From: Takakia lepidozioides
Taxonomy: Eukaryota; Plantae; Bryophyta
DNA length: 64,000 nt
Direction: 5' to 3'
Assembly (NCBI GenBank): GCA_030704615.1
Contig: CM060732.1
Span: forward strand, 12,524,001-12,588,000
Within the stretch, counting starts at the first letter, position 1; each line of letters opens with the position of its first letter. The position numbers and the translations under genes were made by a program. Positions 63,180 to 64,000 of this stretch are shown piece after piece. The notes beneath the pieces are model-generated. The model ran no database searches, was not told the origin of the DNA, and saw only the letters and a program-made list of their open reading frames with translations.

Positions 63180-64000
63180 TGCTAGAATTCCAGAGAGTGG
63201 TTGAGATGCGCCAAAGGTGGATGACGTAGCCAGGCACCTTTGCCAACCAGTTGGTATGAGAAGGGGGAGGACAACAGATTGTGTGATCAGAGAGGAAGGC
63301 AGACACACTCCAAATAACAAGAAACCAATCACAGAAAGAAAACCAGGCACATTCAATTGAACAGTAACAAATTTGGCCACAGCCACAGCCTCTTCAGCCA
63401 TAGCTTCCAAGATAGATTATAGATTATGAATTATAATTTGCGGCCAAATAACAAAGCTACATACATACAAATTCCGAAAACAATCTCTCAGCTCAGAAGC
63501 AACTTGTAATTCACATTGCTACATATTTGAGTTACATAACCCAAGGTAGAATTGGACCCCATCCCGATAAGGGAAGTTGCCCGTCAACTATGGATTGGCC
63601 TGCAACATGCCATCTTAGCGATCTTCCATTGCTGCCAGAGCTTCATTGATGCCTTCCAATGCATCCGCAGACAAGGTGAAGACTGCATCCTTGCCTTTGA
63701 CTTGATATGTCGCTGGAGGCATAGCAAATTTGATAGCCCTCACCAAATGCGAATACAGAAATGCAGCCGGCCTCGAGCAGGACCAGTTGCATGAAGCACA
63801 TAAGCAACAGCTATACCAAATGCAGGTGAAGCATGAGGGCAAGTTGCAAGAAGTAAATGCACTACATACGGAGTTGCAGGCAGTACATGAGAGGATGACC
63901 ATACAATGTGCTACACTCACAACTACTCTTGAGCAAACTGCATTAGAAGTTAACAGACAAGGGGAGAGATGTATGAAGGCAGAGGCAGAGATAATCAAGC

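Noticed and set aside
63552-63998. Possible exon (AMPPATYQVKGKDAVF...) at the window end
   Set aside because: Too short and unrecognised to call without the adjacent sequence.

Overview
Eukaryotic, plant-type nuclear DNA with spliceosomal GT-AG introns, a PLS/DYW-class PPR, a class III peroxidase and a QUA2/TSD2-like methyltransferase. The gene and TE repertoire suggests a non-seed land plant, but the sequence does not prove this. Host loci: a spliced QUA2/TSD2-like methyltransferase (15.3-20.1 kb, -), an NTRA/B-type thioredoxin reductase (23.9-25.6 kb, -), a damaged peroxidase with a Ty1/copia in intron 3 (26.9-33.4 kb, -), a PPR-E-DYW pseudogene and an F-box/kelch pseudogene. Most of the rest is transposon-derived: the right end of a CACTA element (1-5423), a hAT remnant, LTR-like and SINE-like pieces, and two related Mutator-like (MULE) elements whose transposases carry a GCM-like Zn domain. 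The main finding is the second MULE, a 15,355-bp element (41199-56553) with an 8-bp TSD that splits the PPR gene. Besides the transposase it carries a divergently oriented, decayed gene with a ParB/Srx-like motif and a possible amino-methyltransferase-like segment. Between the two genes lies an array of ~30 palindromes (ACGGAAATGCGGNNCCGCATTTCCGT) at a near-constant 53-bp period, separated by ~27-bp spacers of five recurring classes. The same palindrome recurs elsewhere in the element, mainly in apparently non-coding parts. The sister MULE has a different palindrome at an exact 42-bp period. Both periods are close to whole helical turns. This suggests a family-specific protein-binding-site system on a transposon (parS/ParB-like or VANC-like). 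All domain calls are by-eye motif recognition, not database searches.
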